This document shows positions 1-8,835 of a stretch of DNA of 55,472 nt, piece after piece. The position numbers were made by a program, and so were the translations under genes. The stretch is from an uncultured Ruminococcus sp. (GTDB lineage: Bacteria; Bacillota; Clostridia; Oscillospirales; Ruminococcaceae), in NCBI GenBank assembly GCA_964479595.1, contig CAYZMU010000005.1, forward strand, positions 5,298-60,769, read 5' to 3'. The notes beneath the pieces are model-generated. The model did no database searches. It was not told the DNA's origin and worked only from the letters and a program-made list of their open reading frames with translations. Each line of letters starts with the position of its first letter. The stretch's first letter is position 1.

Positions 1-821
1 GCCTTCGCGATTCTGCCCTCTCTGAGCGCCTCGCGCAGCGCGTCCGCGTCGTTATTCTCCAAAGCCTCCAGATAAGGCTTCAGATTTTCAATTAGTACCC
101 GAAGCTCCCCCGCGAGGTATTCGCGGTTGTCGAGCATCAGTTCCGTCCACATATTCTCGTCCAGCCTCGCGACTCTTGTCAGGTCTCTGAAACTCCCCGC
201 CGAAAAGCCCCTGCGCTCGCGCGCGGTCGGGGATTTGACGTAGGCGCCGGAGACAATGTGCGCCAGCTGCGAGGTGTAGGCGATAATGCGGTCGTGGTCT
301 TCCGGGGTCGTGAAGGTGAGGTTCGCGAACCCGATATCGGTAAAGTAGTTCTTGAGCGTCTCCAAAGTCGGCATATCGGTGCGCGCGTCGGGGGTGAGAA
401 TCATGGAGGCGCCGTCAAATAAGTCTTCCGAGGCGTTGACGAAGCCGCCGGATTCCTTGCCCGCCATGGGGTGTCCGCCGATGTAGCGGAATCCGTGCTC
501 GCGCGCGATTTCGGAGAGCCTTCCGCAGACCGCCCGCTTGACCCCGCAGATGTCCACCAGCACGCAGCCCGCCGCGCCCAGAGCCTCCGCGTGGCGTTCG
601 GTCCACTCAATCGCCTTGCCCGGGCACAGCGCGACAATGCACAAATCGCACCCGCGCAGCAGTTCCTCGGTAAGTTCGGCGTCCATGGCGCCGCAGAGCC
701 GGGCAAACATCAGCACTTCCCGGTCAATGTCATAGCCGTAGACCGTGTGCAGCGTCCGCGCTTTCGTCGCTTTCGCGTACGAGCCGCCGATAAGCCCCAG
801 ACCGATAATCGCGATATTCAC
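1..821 (-). CDS. tyrA: prephenate dehydrogenase (3' end cut by window edge)
   Basis: Not in the ORF track because it runs off the window. My own minus-strand translation from GTG at 819-821 gives VNIAIIGLGLIGGSYAKATKARTLHTVYGYDIDREVLMFARLCGAMD...VDICGVKRAVCGRLSEIAREHGFRYIGGHPMAGKESGGF. It has a Rossmann GxGxxG and the GGHPMAG motif typical of prephenate dehydrogenase. GTGA start/stop overlap with aroF. Confidence 0.85.
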   Translation of the reverse strand, partial: MNIAIIGLGLIGGSYAKATKARTLHTVYGYDIDREVLMFARLCGAMDAELTEELLRGCDLCIVALCPGKAIEWTERHAEALGAAGCVLVDICGVKRAVCGRLSEIAREHGFRYIGGHPMAGKESGGFVNASEDLFDGASMILTPDARTDMPTLETLKNYFTDIGFANLTFTTPEDHDRIIAYTSQLAHIVSGAYVKSPTARERRGFSAGSFRDLTRVARLDENMWTELMLDNREYLAGELRVLIENLKPYLEALENNDADALREALREGRIAK

Positions 822-1837
822 GCGCCGTCCCCCCGCTCCCCAAGAAAGCCGTGCAGGTCTCTCAGACGCCCGGCGAGGACTGAAAACTCCTCGGGACCGA
901 TTGCCTGCGGGCCGCCGCAGACCGCGTGCGCCGGGTCGCTGTGCACGTCAATCAGGATTCCGTCCGCGCCCAGAGCGACCGCCCCCGGCGCGAGTTTCGG
1001 CACCAGTTTCGCCTTTCCCGCGGCGTGGCTCGGGTCCACCATGACGGGCAGGTGGGTGAGGGTTTTGAGAATCGCCACCGCGCCCAGATCCAGCGTGTTG
1101 GGCGTGTAGGTTTCAAAGGTGCGGATGCCGCGCTCGCAGAGAATGACGTTGTGGTTGCCCTCGGACATGATGTATTCCGCGCTCATGAGCAGTTCCTCGT
1201 AAGTCGCGCAGAGCCCCCTGCCGAGCAGAACGGGTTTCTCCTGCCGCCCCAGCAGCTTCAGAAGGCTGAAGTTCTGCATATTTCTCGGCCCGACCTGTAT
1301 GATATCGACATCCTTGAACGCGCCGATTTCGTCCGCGTCGAGAATCTCCGAGCAGATGGGCAGCCCCGTCTCCTCTTTCGCGGTCTTGAGCAGCCGCAGT
1401 CCCTCCTCGCCGAGCCCCTGAAACGAGTAGGGCGAGGTTCTGGGCTTAAACGCCCCCGCGCGCAGAATGTCCGCGCCGCTCGCCTTGAGCTTTTTTGCGA
1501 TTTCGACAATCTGCTCCTCGCTCTCCACCGCGCCCGGCCCCGCCATCAGCGTGAGGTTTCCCCCGCCGATTCGCGTGTTCCCGACTTGGATAACGGTGGG
1601 CTCGGGGTGGAACTCGCGGTTCGCGTGTTTGTAGGGCTCCTGCACGCGCTTGACGTCCTCCACGATGTCCAGCGCGGAGATGAGGTCGGTGTCAATCGCG
1701 GCGGTGTCGCCCACCAGCCCCAGAATCGTGCGCGACGTGCCCACGCTCGTGTGTACGGAGATGTTCTTTTCCCGGAGCCACGCGATGAGGCTGTCAAGCT
1801 GCGCGGCGTCGGGGTTGGGCTTTAAGATTACAATCAT
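818..1837 (-). CDS. aroF: 3-deoxy-7-phosphoheptulonate (DAHP) synthase, type I-beta with N-terminal ferredoxin-like regulatory domain
   Basis: 339-aa ORF. Core motifs LMAGPGAVESEEQ, KPRTSPYSFQG and MVDPSHAAG. About 70 aa N-terminal extension as in Thermotoga-type DAHPS. Adjacent to tyrA. Confidence 0.9.
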   Translation of the reverse strand: MIVILKPNPDAAQLDSLIAWLREKNISVHTSVGTSRTILGLVGDTAAIDTDLISALDIVEDVKRVQEPYKHANREFHPEPTVIQVGNTRIGGGNLTLMAGPGAVESEEQIVEIAKKLKASGADILRAGAFKPRTSPYSFQGLGEEGLRLLKTAKEETGLPICSEILDADEIGAFKDVDIIQVGPRNMQNFSLLKLLGRQEKPVLLGRGLCATYEELLMSAEYIMSEGNHNVILCERGIRTFETYTPNTLDLGAVAILKTLTHLPVMVDPSHAAGKAKLVPKLAPGAVALGADGILIDVHSDPAHAVCGGPQAIGPEEFSVLAGRLRDLHGFLGERGDGA

Positions 1838-3486
1838 GAAACAGTTTCCTCCTCGGCGTATCCGGAAAGCCGCCTCCGCGTTTCCTCCTCGCCCAGAACC
1901 GCGCTTACCTGCCAGATATCCGGGGCGTTTTGCCGCCCCGTCAGCGCGACGCGCAGCAGATTCGTCACATCCACCACGCTGCCCTTGTAAGCCTCGGGGT
2001 TTTTCTTATATAATTTTACCTGCGCGGCGTAGCCGAGCGATTCGGTGAGTGTTCTGACTTTCTCAAACCACCGCTCCGGGCTGTCCGAAAAGTCAAGCGT
2101 CTCAAGATACGCGTTCAGAATGGCTTTGCGGTCTTCTGAACTGATATTTTCGGGGCAGCTGTCGGCGCGCTCAAAAGTCTCGCTGTCGTAAAAGGCCAGA
2201 AACTGAGCCGCTTCCTTCCATGTGCCGTAGTCCTTGCGCGGCTTGGGGATATCCCTGCCCACGCCGATCGCCGCGCGGTAGAGCGTTTCTTTGTCTCTCA
2301 GACGCCGCGCAAGTTCCGGGTCGTACGTATCCGCCCACGAAAGGAGCCCGTCATAGATAAACGAGACGGACTGCCGCGCGAGATACTCTCTGGCGACGGC
2401 GCGGAGTTTGTCAAGATCGAAAATAGCCCCCGCCGTGTTCATCTTCTCAAGCGAAAACGGAAAATCCCTCGCCGGCGTGTCGGGGTGTTCGCGGTGCCAG
2501 TCCTCGAAATTGCTGTTGAGCACGGTCAGCAGATAAATCCAGACCGCCTCGGCGGGGTAGCCCTCCGCGCGGTAGTACGAAAGCGCCAGCTCGGGGTCCT
2601 TGCGCTTGGAGAGCTTGCGCTTGGAGCCGCCCTCCTGCTTCATGAGCGTCGCCGTGTGGCAGTAGACCGGCCTTTCCCACCCGAGCGTGTCAAAGAGCTG
2701 CAGGTGAATCGGAAGCGTCGCGAGCCATGATTCATCCCGGATTACGTGCGTGACGCGCATGAAGTGGTCGTCGCAGACGTGCGCGAAGTGGTAGGTCGGG
2801 ATCCCGTCGGATTTGAGCAGCACGAAATCCATGTTGTTCTCGCGCACGCGCAGCGTCCCGCGAATGCCGTCGTGCGCCTCAATGACCTTCTCCGGGTCGC
2901 CGCTTGAGCGAAACCGCAGCACATAGGGCTTGCCCTGCGCGAGATTTTGCCGCACTTCCTCGAGCGTCAGATTTCTGCAGCGCGCGTATTCGCCGCAATA
3001 GCCCGGCGTCAGCTTCTGTTCCTGCTGCAGCTGTCTGTCGCGCGCAAGTTCCTCCTCCGTGCAGAAACACGGGTAGGCGAGCCCGCGCTCCACCAGCGAT
3101 TTCGCGATAGTTTTGTAGAGCACCGCGCGCTCGGTCTGCCGGTACGGGCCGTAATCGCCGTGTTCGCCCCGCGCGGTGACGCCCTCGTCAAAGCGCACGC
3201 CGAAATAATCCATGGACTCCAGCAGCGCCTCGACCGCGCCCTCGACCGCGCGTTTTTGGTCGGTGTCCTCCACGCGCAAAAAGAACACGCCGCCGCTCTG
3301 ACGCGCGAGCAGTTCACCGGCGGCGTTATAGAGGTTGCCTAAGTGCGGCAGTCCCGTGGGACTCGGCGCGATTCGGGTGACGACCGCGCCGGGGGGAAGA
3401 TTTCTGGGCGGGTAGAGCGCCTCGTAATCCTCCGGCGTCGCGGTGATATCGCCAAAAAGCGTCTGCGCGAGTGCGTGAAAATCCAT
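1834..3486 (-). CDS. gltX: glutamate--tRNA ligase (long ~550 aa form)
   Basis: Class I aaRS motifs RIAPSPTGLPHLGN (HIGH-like), LRVEDTDQKR and KLSKRK (KMSKS). ATG at 3486 has a GAGGTG RBS 6 nt upstream; the ORF-track start at 3495 is a GTG 9 nt further up. Confidence 0.85.
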   Translation of the reverse strand: MDFHALAQTLFGDITATPEDYEALYPPRNLPPGAVVTRIAPSPTGLPHLGNLYNAAGELLARQSGGVFFLRVEDTDQKRAVEGAVEALLESMDYFGVRFDEGVTARGEHGDYGPYRQTERAVLYKTIAKSLVERGLAYPCFCTEEELARDRQLQQEQKLTPGYCGEYARCRNLTLEEVRQNLAQGKPYVLRFRSSGDPEKVIEAHDGIRGTLRVRENNMDFVLLKSDGIPTYHFAHVCDDHFMRVTHVIRDESWLATLPIHLQLFDTLGWERPVYCHTATLMKQEGGSKRKLSKRKDPELALSYYRAEGYPAEAVWIYLLTVLNSNFEDWHREHPDTPARDFPFSLEKMNTAGAIFDLDKLRAVAREYLARQSVSFIYDGLLSWADTYDPELARRLRDKETLYRAAIGVGRDIPKPRKDYGTWKEAAQFLAFYDSETFERADSCPENISSEDRKAILNAYLETLDFSDSPERWFEKVRTLTESLGYAAQVKLYKKNPEAYKGSVVDVTNLLRVALTGRQNAPDIWQVSAVLGEEETRRRLSGYAEEETVS

Positions 3487-3496
3487 CGTTACCACC

Positions 3497-4561
3497 TCAG
3501 TTCATGTCCTGCAGCGAATACTGCGTCGGCGCGTTGTTTCCAGGCGGGGCGATACCCAGATGCGCGTAGGCGAGCGCTGTCGCCATGCGTCCTCTGGGCG
3601 TGCGCGCTATCATGCCAAGCTGCATTAAATAGGGCTCGCAGACGTCCTCCAGCGTGACGGATTCCTCCCCCAGCGCCGAGGCGAGCGTTTCCAGCCCCAC
3701 AGGCCCGCCCTGATAGCCCTTAATCATCATCTCCAACAGCCGCAAATCGAGCTTGTCCAGCCCCAGTTCATCGATTTCCAGCCGCTCCAGCGCCATGCGC
3801 GCGGTCTGCGCGTCAATGACGCCTGTCCCCATCACGTCCGCGAAATCCCGCACGCGCCGCAGCAGGCGGTTCGCGACTCTCGGTGTCCCGCGCGAACGCT
3901 TCGCCAGCTCCATCGCGCCGCCGTAATCGCAGGGGATGTCCAGAATCATGGCGCTGCGCCGGATAATGTCGCAGAGCTGCTCGGGGGTGTAGAGTTCGAG
4001 GCGCTGCACAATCCCGAAGCGGTCGCGCAGCGGCGGGGAGAGCTGTCCCGCTCTCGTGGTGGCGCCCACAAGCGTGAACGGCTGCAGATCAATGCGGATG
4101 CTCCGCGCGGCGGGCCCTTTGCCGATGACAATGTCAATCGCGCGGTCCTCCATGGCGGGGTAGAGAATCTCCTCCACGGCGCGTGAAAGGCGGTGGATTT
4201 CGTCCACAAAAAGCACGTCCCCGCGCCCTAAATTGGTCAGCAGCGCCGCCAAATCCCCCGGCTTCTCAATCGCGGGGCCGGAAGTTACGCGCAGATTGAC
4301 CCCGAGCTCATGCGCGATGATGCCCGAAAGCGTTGTTTTCCCGAGCCCCGGCGGGCCGTAGAACAGCACATGGTCGAGCGGTTCGCCGCGCCGCCGCGCC
4401 GCCTCGATATAGACGGCGAGGTTCTGCTTGACCTGGTCCTGACCGATGTACTCCTTGAGCGTCTTGGGCCTTAGCGAAAGTTCGACATCCTCGTCGCCGA
4501 GCTGCTCCTTGGGGCTGGAAAGGCGCTCAAGCTCTTCCTGTGGCGTTTCGCTCTGAATCAT
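3497..4561 (-). CDS. ruvB: Holliday junction branch migration DNA helicase RuvB
   Basis: 354 aa. [12 protein letters not shown], Walker [10 protein letters not shown], Walker [11 protein letters not shown]. Full-length RuvB-like. Confidence 0.95.
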   Translation of the reverse strand: MIQSETPQEELERLSSPKEQLGDEDVELSLRPKTLKEYIGQDQVKQNLAVYIEAARRRGEPLDHVLFYGPPGLGKTTLSGIIAHELGVNLRVTSGPAIEKPGDLAALLTNLGRGDVLFVDEIHRLSRAVEEILYPAMEDRAIDIVIGKGPAARSIRIDLQPFTLVGATTRAGQLSPPLRDRFGIVQRLELYTPEQLCDIIRRSAMILDIPCDYGGAMELAKRSRGTPRVANRLLRRVRDFADVMGTGVIDAQTARMALERLEIDELGLDKLDLRLLEMMIKGYQGGPVGLETLASALGEESVTLEDVCEPYLMQLGMIARTPRGRMATALAYAHLGIAPPGNNAPTQYSLQDMN

Positions 4562-4573
4562 GCCTTCCCTCCC

Positions 4574-5299
4574 CTAGCGTTCAAAGAGCCGCTTCTTGCG
4601 CGTGTAGAAAGGCTGCATATGCTCGACCGCCTTCTTCGCGGAGGGCTCCTCCAGCGTGACAAAGACCAGACTGTCGCCGGATTTGGTGTAGTTCTGCATA
4701 TATTTGGAGAGCGGGTAGAAGAGCTTGCGGGTGTTTCCGCTCATATCAAACACGAAAAGCGTCTGCGGACGCTCGCAGCCGCGCACCATCTCGAGAAGAT
4801 AGCACTTTTCGACATTGTCCTGCCGCGCGAGATAGCGCGTCATGGGCCGCAGCAGGTGGTCGACATTGCGCTTGGCGGGGCGGTATTCGATATTCTCCTC
4901 CTCCTTCATGGAAATAGCCGGGATGTTGAGATTGCGCGCGACCATCAGGATGCTGCGAATTTCCCGCGAGGAGAACTCCTTCCCGAAGGAATTGGGGTTT
5001 AGTACCGCGTTCGCCGTCTGGATGAGGTCGAACAGCCGCAGACAGTTGATGCGGTAGCTGTTGACATAGCGCTTGGCAAACTGCTGCAGCGCGCGGTAGC
5101 TCGAAAAGAACGGGATAAAGACCTCGCCCTCGGGATTCTGCGTCGTCACAAGTTCCATGGAAACGCCCCCGCTGACCTCGTCCTGTCTGACGGGGTTCTT
5201 GCAGATGACGTAGACATCGCTCTTGATGAGCCGCTGCAGGAAAAGAGGACGCTTTTCCGGCTTGGTAATCGCTTCCTTGAGCAATTCGTCCAAATTCAT
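4574..5299 (-). CDS. SseB family protein (SseB N- and C-terminal domains)
   Basis: 241 aa. The N-terminus NLDELLKEAITKPEKRPLFLQRLIKSDVYV resembles the SseB family. Assignment is from memory of the family pattern, not a search. Confidence 0.55.
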   Translation of the reverse strand: MNLDELLKEAITKPEKRPLFLQRLIKSDVYVICKNPVRQDEVSGGVSMELVTTQNPEGEVFIPFFSSYRALQQFAKRYVNSYRINCLRLFDLIQTANAVLNPNSFGKEFSSREIRSILMVARNLNIPAISMKEEENIEYRPAKRNVDHLLRPMTRYLARQDNVEKCYLLEMVRGCERPQTLFVFDMSGNTRKLFYPLSKYMQNYTKSGDSLVFVTLEEPSAKKAVEHMQPFYTRKKRLFER

Positions 5300-5338
5300 A
5301 CTCTGGTTCCTCCTCTTCCCTTGATAAATACCGCAGAT

Positions 5339-6079
5339 TTAACTATCGCCCTCAAAGACAAGCGCCGCGGTATTGTTAAGAACCGTGTCGGTGAGGTTGA
5401 CGCGCCACTGCCCGTCCTCCTCGCTGACGCGCAGCGTCTCGCGCGCCGTGTCCCCGCCGCTTAAAGTCTCTGTAACCTCAAAATCCACGCGCTCCCCGAC
5501 GGCGTTTGCCCGCTGTGCCAGCCCCTGAATGAGATACCCGGTGTAGGCGTCGGCTTTCTGAACCGCCTTTGTGACTTTTTCGGGCCGCGCGGTTTCCGGG
5601 ATTTGCGCGGGGCTTGGCCGTCCCGTGATTTCGTAGTCCTCAAACACCCCGAAAAAGGCGGCGGCAAACTCCCCCTTGAGCATTTCGCGCAGTTCTTCCT
5701 CGCTGACATCCCCGAGCTCATCGCTCTGGCGCGCCGCCTCGACCTCGCAGTCCGCCCACTCGCGGATATCGCTGCTCTGTATCAGCGCGTCGGCGTCCCC
5801 TTTGGCGGCCGCGGACAGGAAATCCTTCAGAACCTTTTTCGCTTCCTCGTAGCTTTTCGAGGGCGCGGTCGTTTCCGTATGCGCCGTTTCGGAAGAAGCG
5901 GTCTGCTCTGCGGTGGTCTGAGAGGCGGTGTGAGAAGAGATGGCGGAGGAGAGCGTCGTTTCGGCGGAAGAGGCTGTCTGTACGGGCGCGCTTTCCTGAG
6001 AATCGCCGCGCGCGCAGCCGCAGCATCCCGCCATGAGCGCCGCGGCAAGCAGCGCGAGCGTCCGCCTCATTCGGTTCAT
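5339..6079 (-). CDS. putative lipoprotein, unknown function
   Basis: Signal peptide with lipobox MNRMRRTLALLAAALMAGC, followed by a Ser/Thr/Ala-rich linker and a globular C-terminal domain. Confidence 0.6.
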   Translation of the reverse strand: MNRMRRTLALLAAALMAGCCGCARGDSQESAPVQTASSAETTLSSAISSHTASQTTAEQTASSETAHTETTAPSKSYEEAKKVLKDFLSAAAKGDADALIQSSDIREWADCEVEAARQSDELGDVSEEELREMLKGEFAAAFFGVFEDYEITGRPSPAQIPETARPEKVTKAVQKADAYTGYLIQGLAQRANAVGERVDFEVTETLSGGDTARETLRVSEEDGQWRVNLTDTVLNNTAALVFEGDS

Positions 6080-6096
6080 GTGCGGTTCCTCCTGTT

Positions 6097-6693
6097 TCAG
6101 CCGAATTTCGCTCTGCCCAGCCGCGCGAGCGAAAGCCTTATCAGTTCGGAGGCGGGCAGCGATTCGTCCAGCGGCTCCAGCGCCATGGCGGCCTCGCTCT
6201 GAGAATAGCCGAGCACGAGCAGCGCGGAAAGCGCCTCCGACCTCGCGCCGGAATCTGGAATCCGCGCGGGCGCGCCCTCAAAATCCGCCTCTTTCGCGAT
6301 TTTGTCTTTCAGCTCCAGCACAATGCGCTGCGCCGTCTTGTTCCCGATGCCCTTGATTCTGGTCAGCTGCTTGTAATCCCCCGCCGCGACGGCGAGCGCG
6401 AAACGGTCCGGCGTCAGGTCCGAAAGAATCGCCAGAGCCGCTTTCGGGCCCACTCCGCTCACCCCCGTCAGTTCGTCAAAACAGGCGCGTTCGCTAAGCG
6501 TCTCAAACCCAAACAGCGTGATTTCGTCCTCACGCACGCAAAGCCTTGTGTAGAGCGTCATTTCGCTGTCAGCAGGGGGCGCGGCGGAGGCGGTTCTGGC
6601 ACTTACACAGAGCGCGTAACCGATGCCTCCCGCTTCCAAGACCACAAGCCCCATATCCTTGCGGCGGACCGTGCCGCGTATGAAATCAATCAT
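6097..6693 (-). CDS. ruvA: Holliday junction DNA helicase subunit RuvA
   Basis: MIDFIRGTV... is a canonical RuvA N-terminus, with HhH region GVSGVGPKAALAILS and IKGIGNKTAQRI. The ORF-track start at 6744 adds 17 non-homologous residues overlapping ruvC. ATG at 6693 chosen. Confidence 0.9.
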   Translation of the reverse strand: MIDFIRGTVRRKDMGLVVLEAGGIGYALCVSARTASAAPPADSEMTLYTRLCVREDEITLFGFETLSERACFDELTGVSGVGPKAALAILSDLTPDRFALAVAAGDYKQLTRIKGIGNKTAQRIVLELKDKIAKEADFEGAPARIPDSGARSEALSALLVLGYSQSEAAMALEPLDESLPASELIRLSLARLGRAKFG

Positions 6694-6703
6694 GTTAGCC
6701 CTT

Positions 6704-7183
6704 TCAGTAATCCGGCGGCGCGCTGTGGCCGTGGCAGATGGCAAGCGCGAGCGCGTCCGCGGCGTCGTCGGGTCTGGGCACTTCCGAAAGCCGCAGAATC
6801 CGCTTTGTCATATCCATGACCTGCGCCTTTTCCGCCGCGCCGTAGCCCACAACCGCCGATTTGACCTGCAGCGGGGTGTATTCGTACGCGCCGACATCGT
6901 GCAGCTGAGCTGAGAGGAGAATGACCCCGCGCGCCTCCGCGACGTGAATGCCGGTTGTTTTGTTCGTGTTGAAATACAGTTTTTCTATCGACATGACCTG
7001 CGGGCGGTGGCGCTCCAGAAGAAAGTTCATGTCTTCATAAATCTGCGCCAGACGCGCGGGAAAATCCTTGTCGGGCTCTGTCAGGATCGCGCCGTATTCG
7101 ACCACCCTGAAATCCATGCCCGCGTAGTCCACAATGCCGAACCCCACCGTGGCGTAGCCCGGGTCGATTCCGAGAATCCGCAA
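6704..7183 (-). CDS. ruvC: crossover junction endodeoxyribonuclease RuvC
   Basis: LRILGIDPGYATVGFG is a RuvC N-terminus. TTG at 7181-7183 is preceded by GGGAGGTG 6 nt upstream. The ORF-track ATG at 7231 would sit at the predicted transcription start. Confidence 0.88.
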   Translation of the reverse strand: MRILGIDPGYATVGFGIVDYAGMDFRVVEYGAILTEPDKDFPARLAQIYEDMNFLLERHRPQVMSIEKLYFNTNKTTGIHVAEARGVILLSAQLHDVGAYEYTPLQVKSAVVGYGAAEKAQVMDMTKRILRLSEVPRPDDAADALALAICHGHSAPPDY

Positions 7184-7240
7184 GTGCCGCACCTCCCGCA
7201 GCCCCGCGCAAAGGCGCGAAACCCCTATCATACATCTTCT

Positions 7241-7269
7241 ATTATACCACGCCTTGCGCGAATCGTCAA
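7241..7269 (-). promoter_or_regulatory. sigma-A type promoter upstream of ruvC
   Basis: On the minus strand: TTGACG (7269-7264), 17 nt spacer, TATAAT (7246-7241). Confidence 0.55.
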
Positions 7270-7298
7270 GGGATTCGCCAAAAAGAGCGCGAATGGAC

Positions 7299-7345
7299 TA
7301 AAAAACGCGCGGCAGCCCCGCCCCAAAAAGCGAAACCGCCGCGTG
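7299..7345 (-). terminator. possible intrinsic terminator after tRNA-Arg
   Basis: Minus-strand RNA ACGCGGCGG...CUGCCGCGCGUUUUUUAG. GC-rich stem arms CGCGGC/GCCGCG followed by a U6 run. The loop is large, so the call is uncertain. Confidence 0.4.
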
Positions 7346-7349
7346 TCCG

Positions 7350-7423
7350 TGCGCCAGAAGGGACTCGAACCCCCGACCTACTGGTTCGTAGCCAGTCACT
7401 CTATCCAGCTGAGCTACTGGCGC
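7350..7423 (-). tRNA. tRNA-Arg (anticodon ACG)
   Basis: Reverse complement GCGCCAGTAGCTCAGCTGGATAGAGTGACTGGCTACGAACCAGTAGGTCGGGGGTTCGAGTCCCTTCTGGCGCA. It has a 7-bp acceptor stem, a D arm GCTC/GAGT, an anticodon stem ACTGG/CCAGT with loop CTACGAA, and a T loop TTCGAGT. CCA is not encoded. Confidence 0.9.
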
Positions 7424-7440
7424 GTTTATGCAACGGCTTT

Positions 7441-7469
7441 ATTATAGCACACTTTGCCCGGCTTGTCAA
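7441..7469 (-). promoter_or_regulatory. sigma-A type promoter for tRNA-Arg
   Basis: On the minus strand: TTGACA (7469-7464), 17 nt spacer, TATAAT (7446-7441), about 11 nt upstream of the mature tRNA 5' end. Confidence 0.65.
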
Positions 7470-7589
7470 GGGATTTGCGCAATTTCCCGCCTTTTGCACA
7501 TTTTTCGTCATTTTGCACAAATTAAGCCCCGCTATTTGCGGCAAATTACCCTACACGCGCGAAGTTTGCGGCATTCTTGCCGCGCGCCC

Positions 7590-7618
7590 TTGACAATTGA
7601 GGGGAAAAGGGGTAAAAT
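7590..7618 (+). promoter_or_regulatory. sigma-A type promoter for the 7657 lipoprotein gene
   Basis: TTGACA (7590-7595), 17 nt spacer, TAAAAT (7613-7618). Confidence 0.55.
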
Positions 7619-7656
7619 AAAAGAGTATGATTCTCAGAAGGAAGGTTTATACCGGC

Positions 7657-8745
7657 ATGAAAATCACCAGATTCCTTTCAGCGGCCGCCGTGCCGATTGT
7701 CTGCATGGGGGTTTGTGTGCTGACGGGCTGCCTGCTGCAGGACATTCCCGACGCGCAGAGCCGCCCCGACGAAAGTTCCCAAAGTCAGGCGGTAGGGGAG
7801 GTGCCCGAATCCCCGGAGTCCTCTCTCGCCGATTCGGTTCCTGACGACCCCGAACGCGCGGACGCCATGAAGCAGGCGCTCAGACAGAATGTCATGCACA
7901 TCAACAACGGACTGCTTCTCAACAATGTTCCGCATTTCTACCAGCGCGGGGACTACGCCACCGCCTGCGAAAGCTACGCCGCGGTCGCGGTGCTGCGGTA
8001 TTTCGGCTACGATATCAGCCCGGAGGAGTTCATTGAGGAGCATCTGCCCGTGGCGGATTATCCCGCCGCGAATGATAAGGGCGTCCTGACGGGGGAGAGT
8101 CCGTGGGAATACTTTATCGGCGACCCGCTGGAGAAAAGCGCCTACGGCTGCTACAGCCCGGTCATCGCGCGCGCCGTCAACGATATGCTGCCGGACGCCG
8201 CGCGGGATGTGCGCGATCTCTCGCTCGACACGCTCTGCGACGAATACGTCGCGCAGGGATACCCGGTCGTCATCTGGACGACGATTGCCATGCTGCCCGC
8301 GGAGAACGGCAACCAGTGGACACTGCCCAACGGGGAGACGTTTATCTTCTTAAAGCCCGAGCACGCGCTGGTGCTGATAGGCTATGACGACAGCTATTAC
8401 TACTTCAGCGACTCGCTGGTGAATTCCGACGTGGTCAAGTACGACAGAATCGCCGTGGAAAAGGCGTATCAGTCCATGTACGCGCAGGCGGTTGTCATCG
8501 CGCCGAGCGCGCCGGGGGAGATGAATATCCAGACAGGCACGCAGATGCCCGGCATCGGAACCGTGACCACAACCACCACGACCACCACGACAACAACCAC
8601 GACGACCACGACCACCACAACCGCGACATCGACCTCCACGACCACGGCACGGCCATGGACGTCGAGCACCACCACGACATGGCACGCCCAGACCTCGACC
8701 ACAACCGCGGCGCCCGCGTGGCACGGAGCGTGGCAGGGCGCGTGA
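7657..8745 (+). CDS. secreted lipoprotein with C39-like (Peptidase_C39_2 type) cysteine peptidase domain and C-terminal poly-Thr tail
   Basis: Lipobox [25 protein letters not shown]. Candidate catalytic Cys in [19 protein letters not shown] and His in [11 protein letters not shown]. C-terminal run of 21 consecutive Thr. An alternative, possibly leaderless start is ATG 7627. Confidence 0.7.
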   Translation: [362 protein letters not shown]

Positions 8746-8773
8746 AGAATTTATGAAATTTTTTGGCGGAATC

Positions 8774-8802
8774 TTGACTTTCCCCCGGGAATGGGGTATC
8801 AT
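8774..8802 (+). promoter_or_regulatory. sigma-A type promoter for the 8836 lipoprotein gene
   Basis: TTGACT (8774-8779), 17 nt spacer, TATCAT (8797-8802). Confidence 0.5.
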
Positions 8803-8835
8803 AACTTTTGGATTTTCAAGGAGGATTTCGGGGCT

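Noticed and set aside
8350-8802. 150-aa minus-strand ORF (Arg/Gly/Cys-rich), and the 8469-8704 minus-strand ORFs
   Set aside because: They are antisense reading of the poly-Thr (ACN) tract, which gives GGT/CGT/GTG repeats. They lie entirely inside the C39-like lipoprotein gene.
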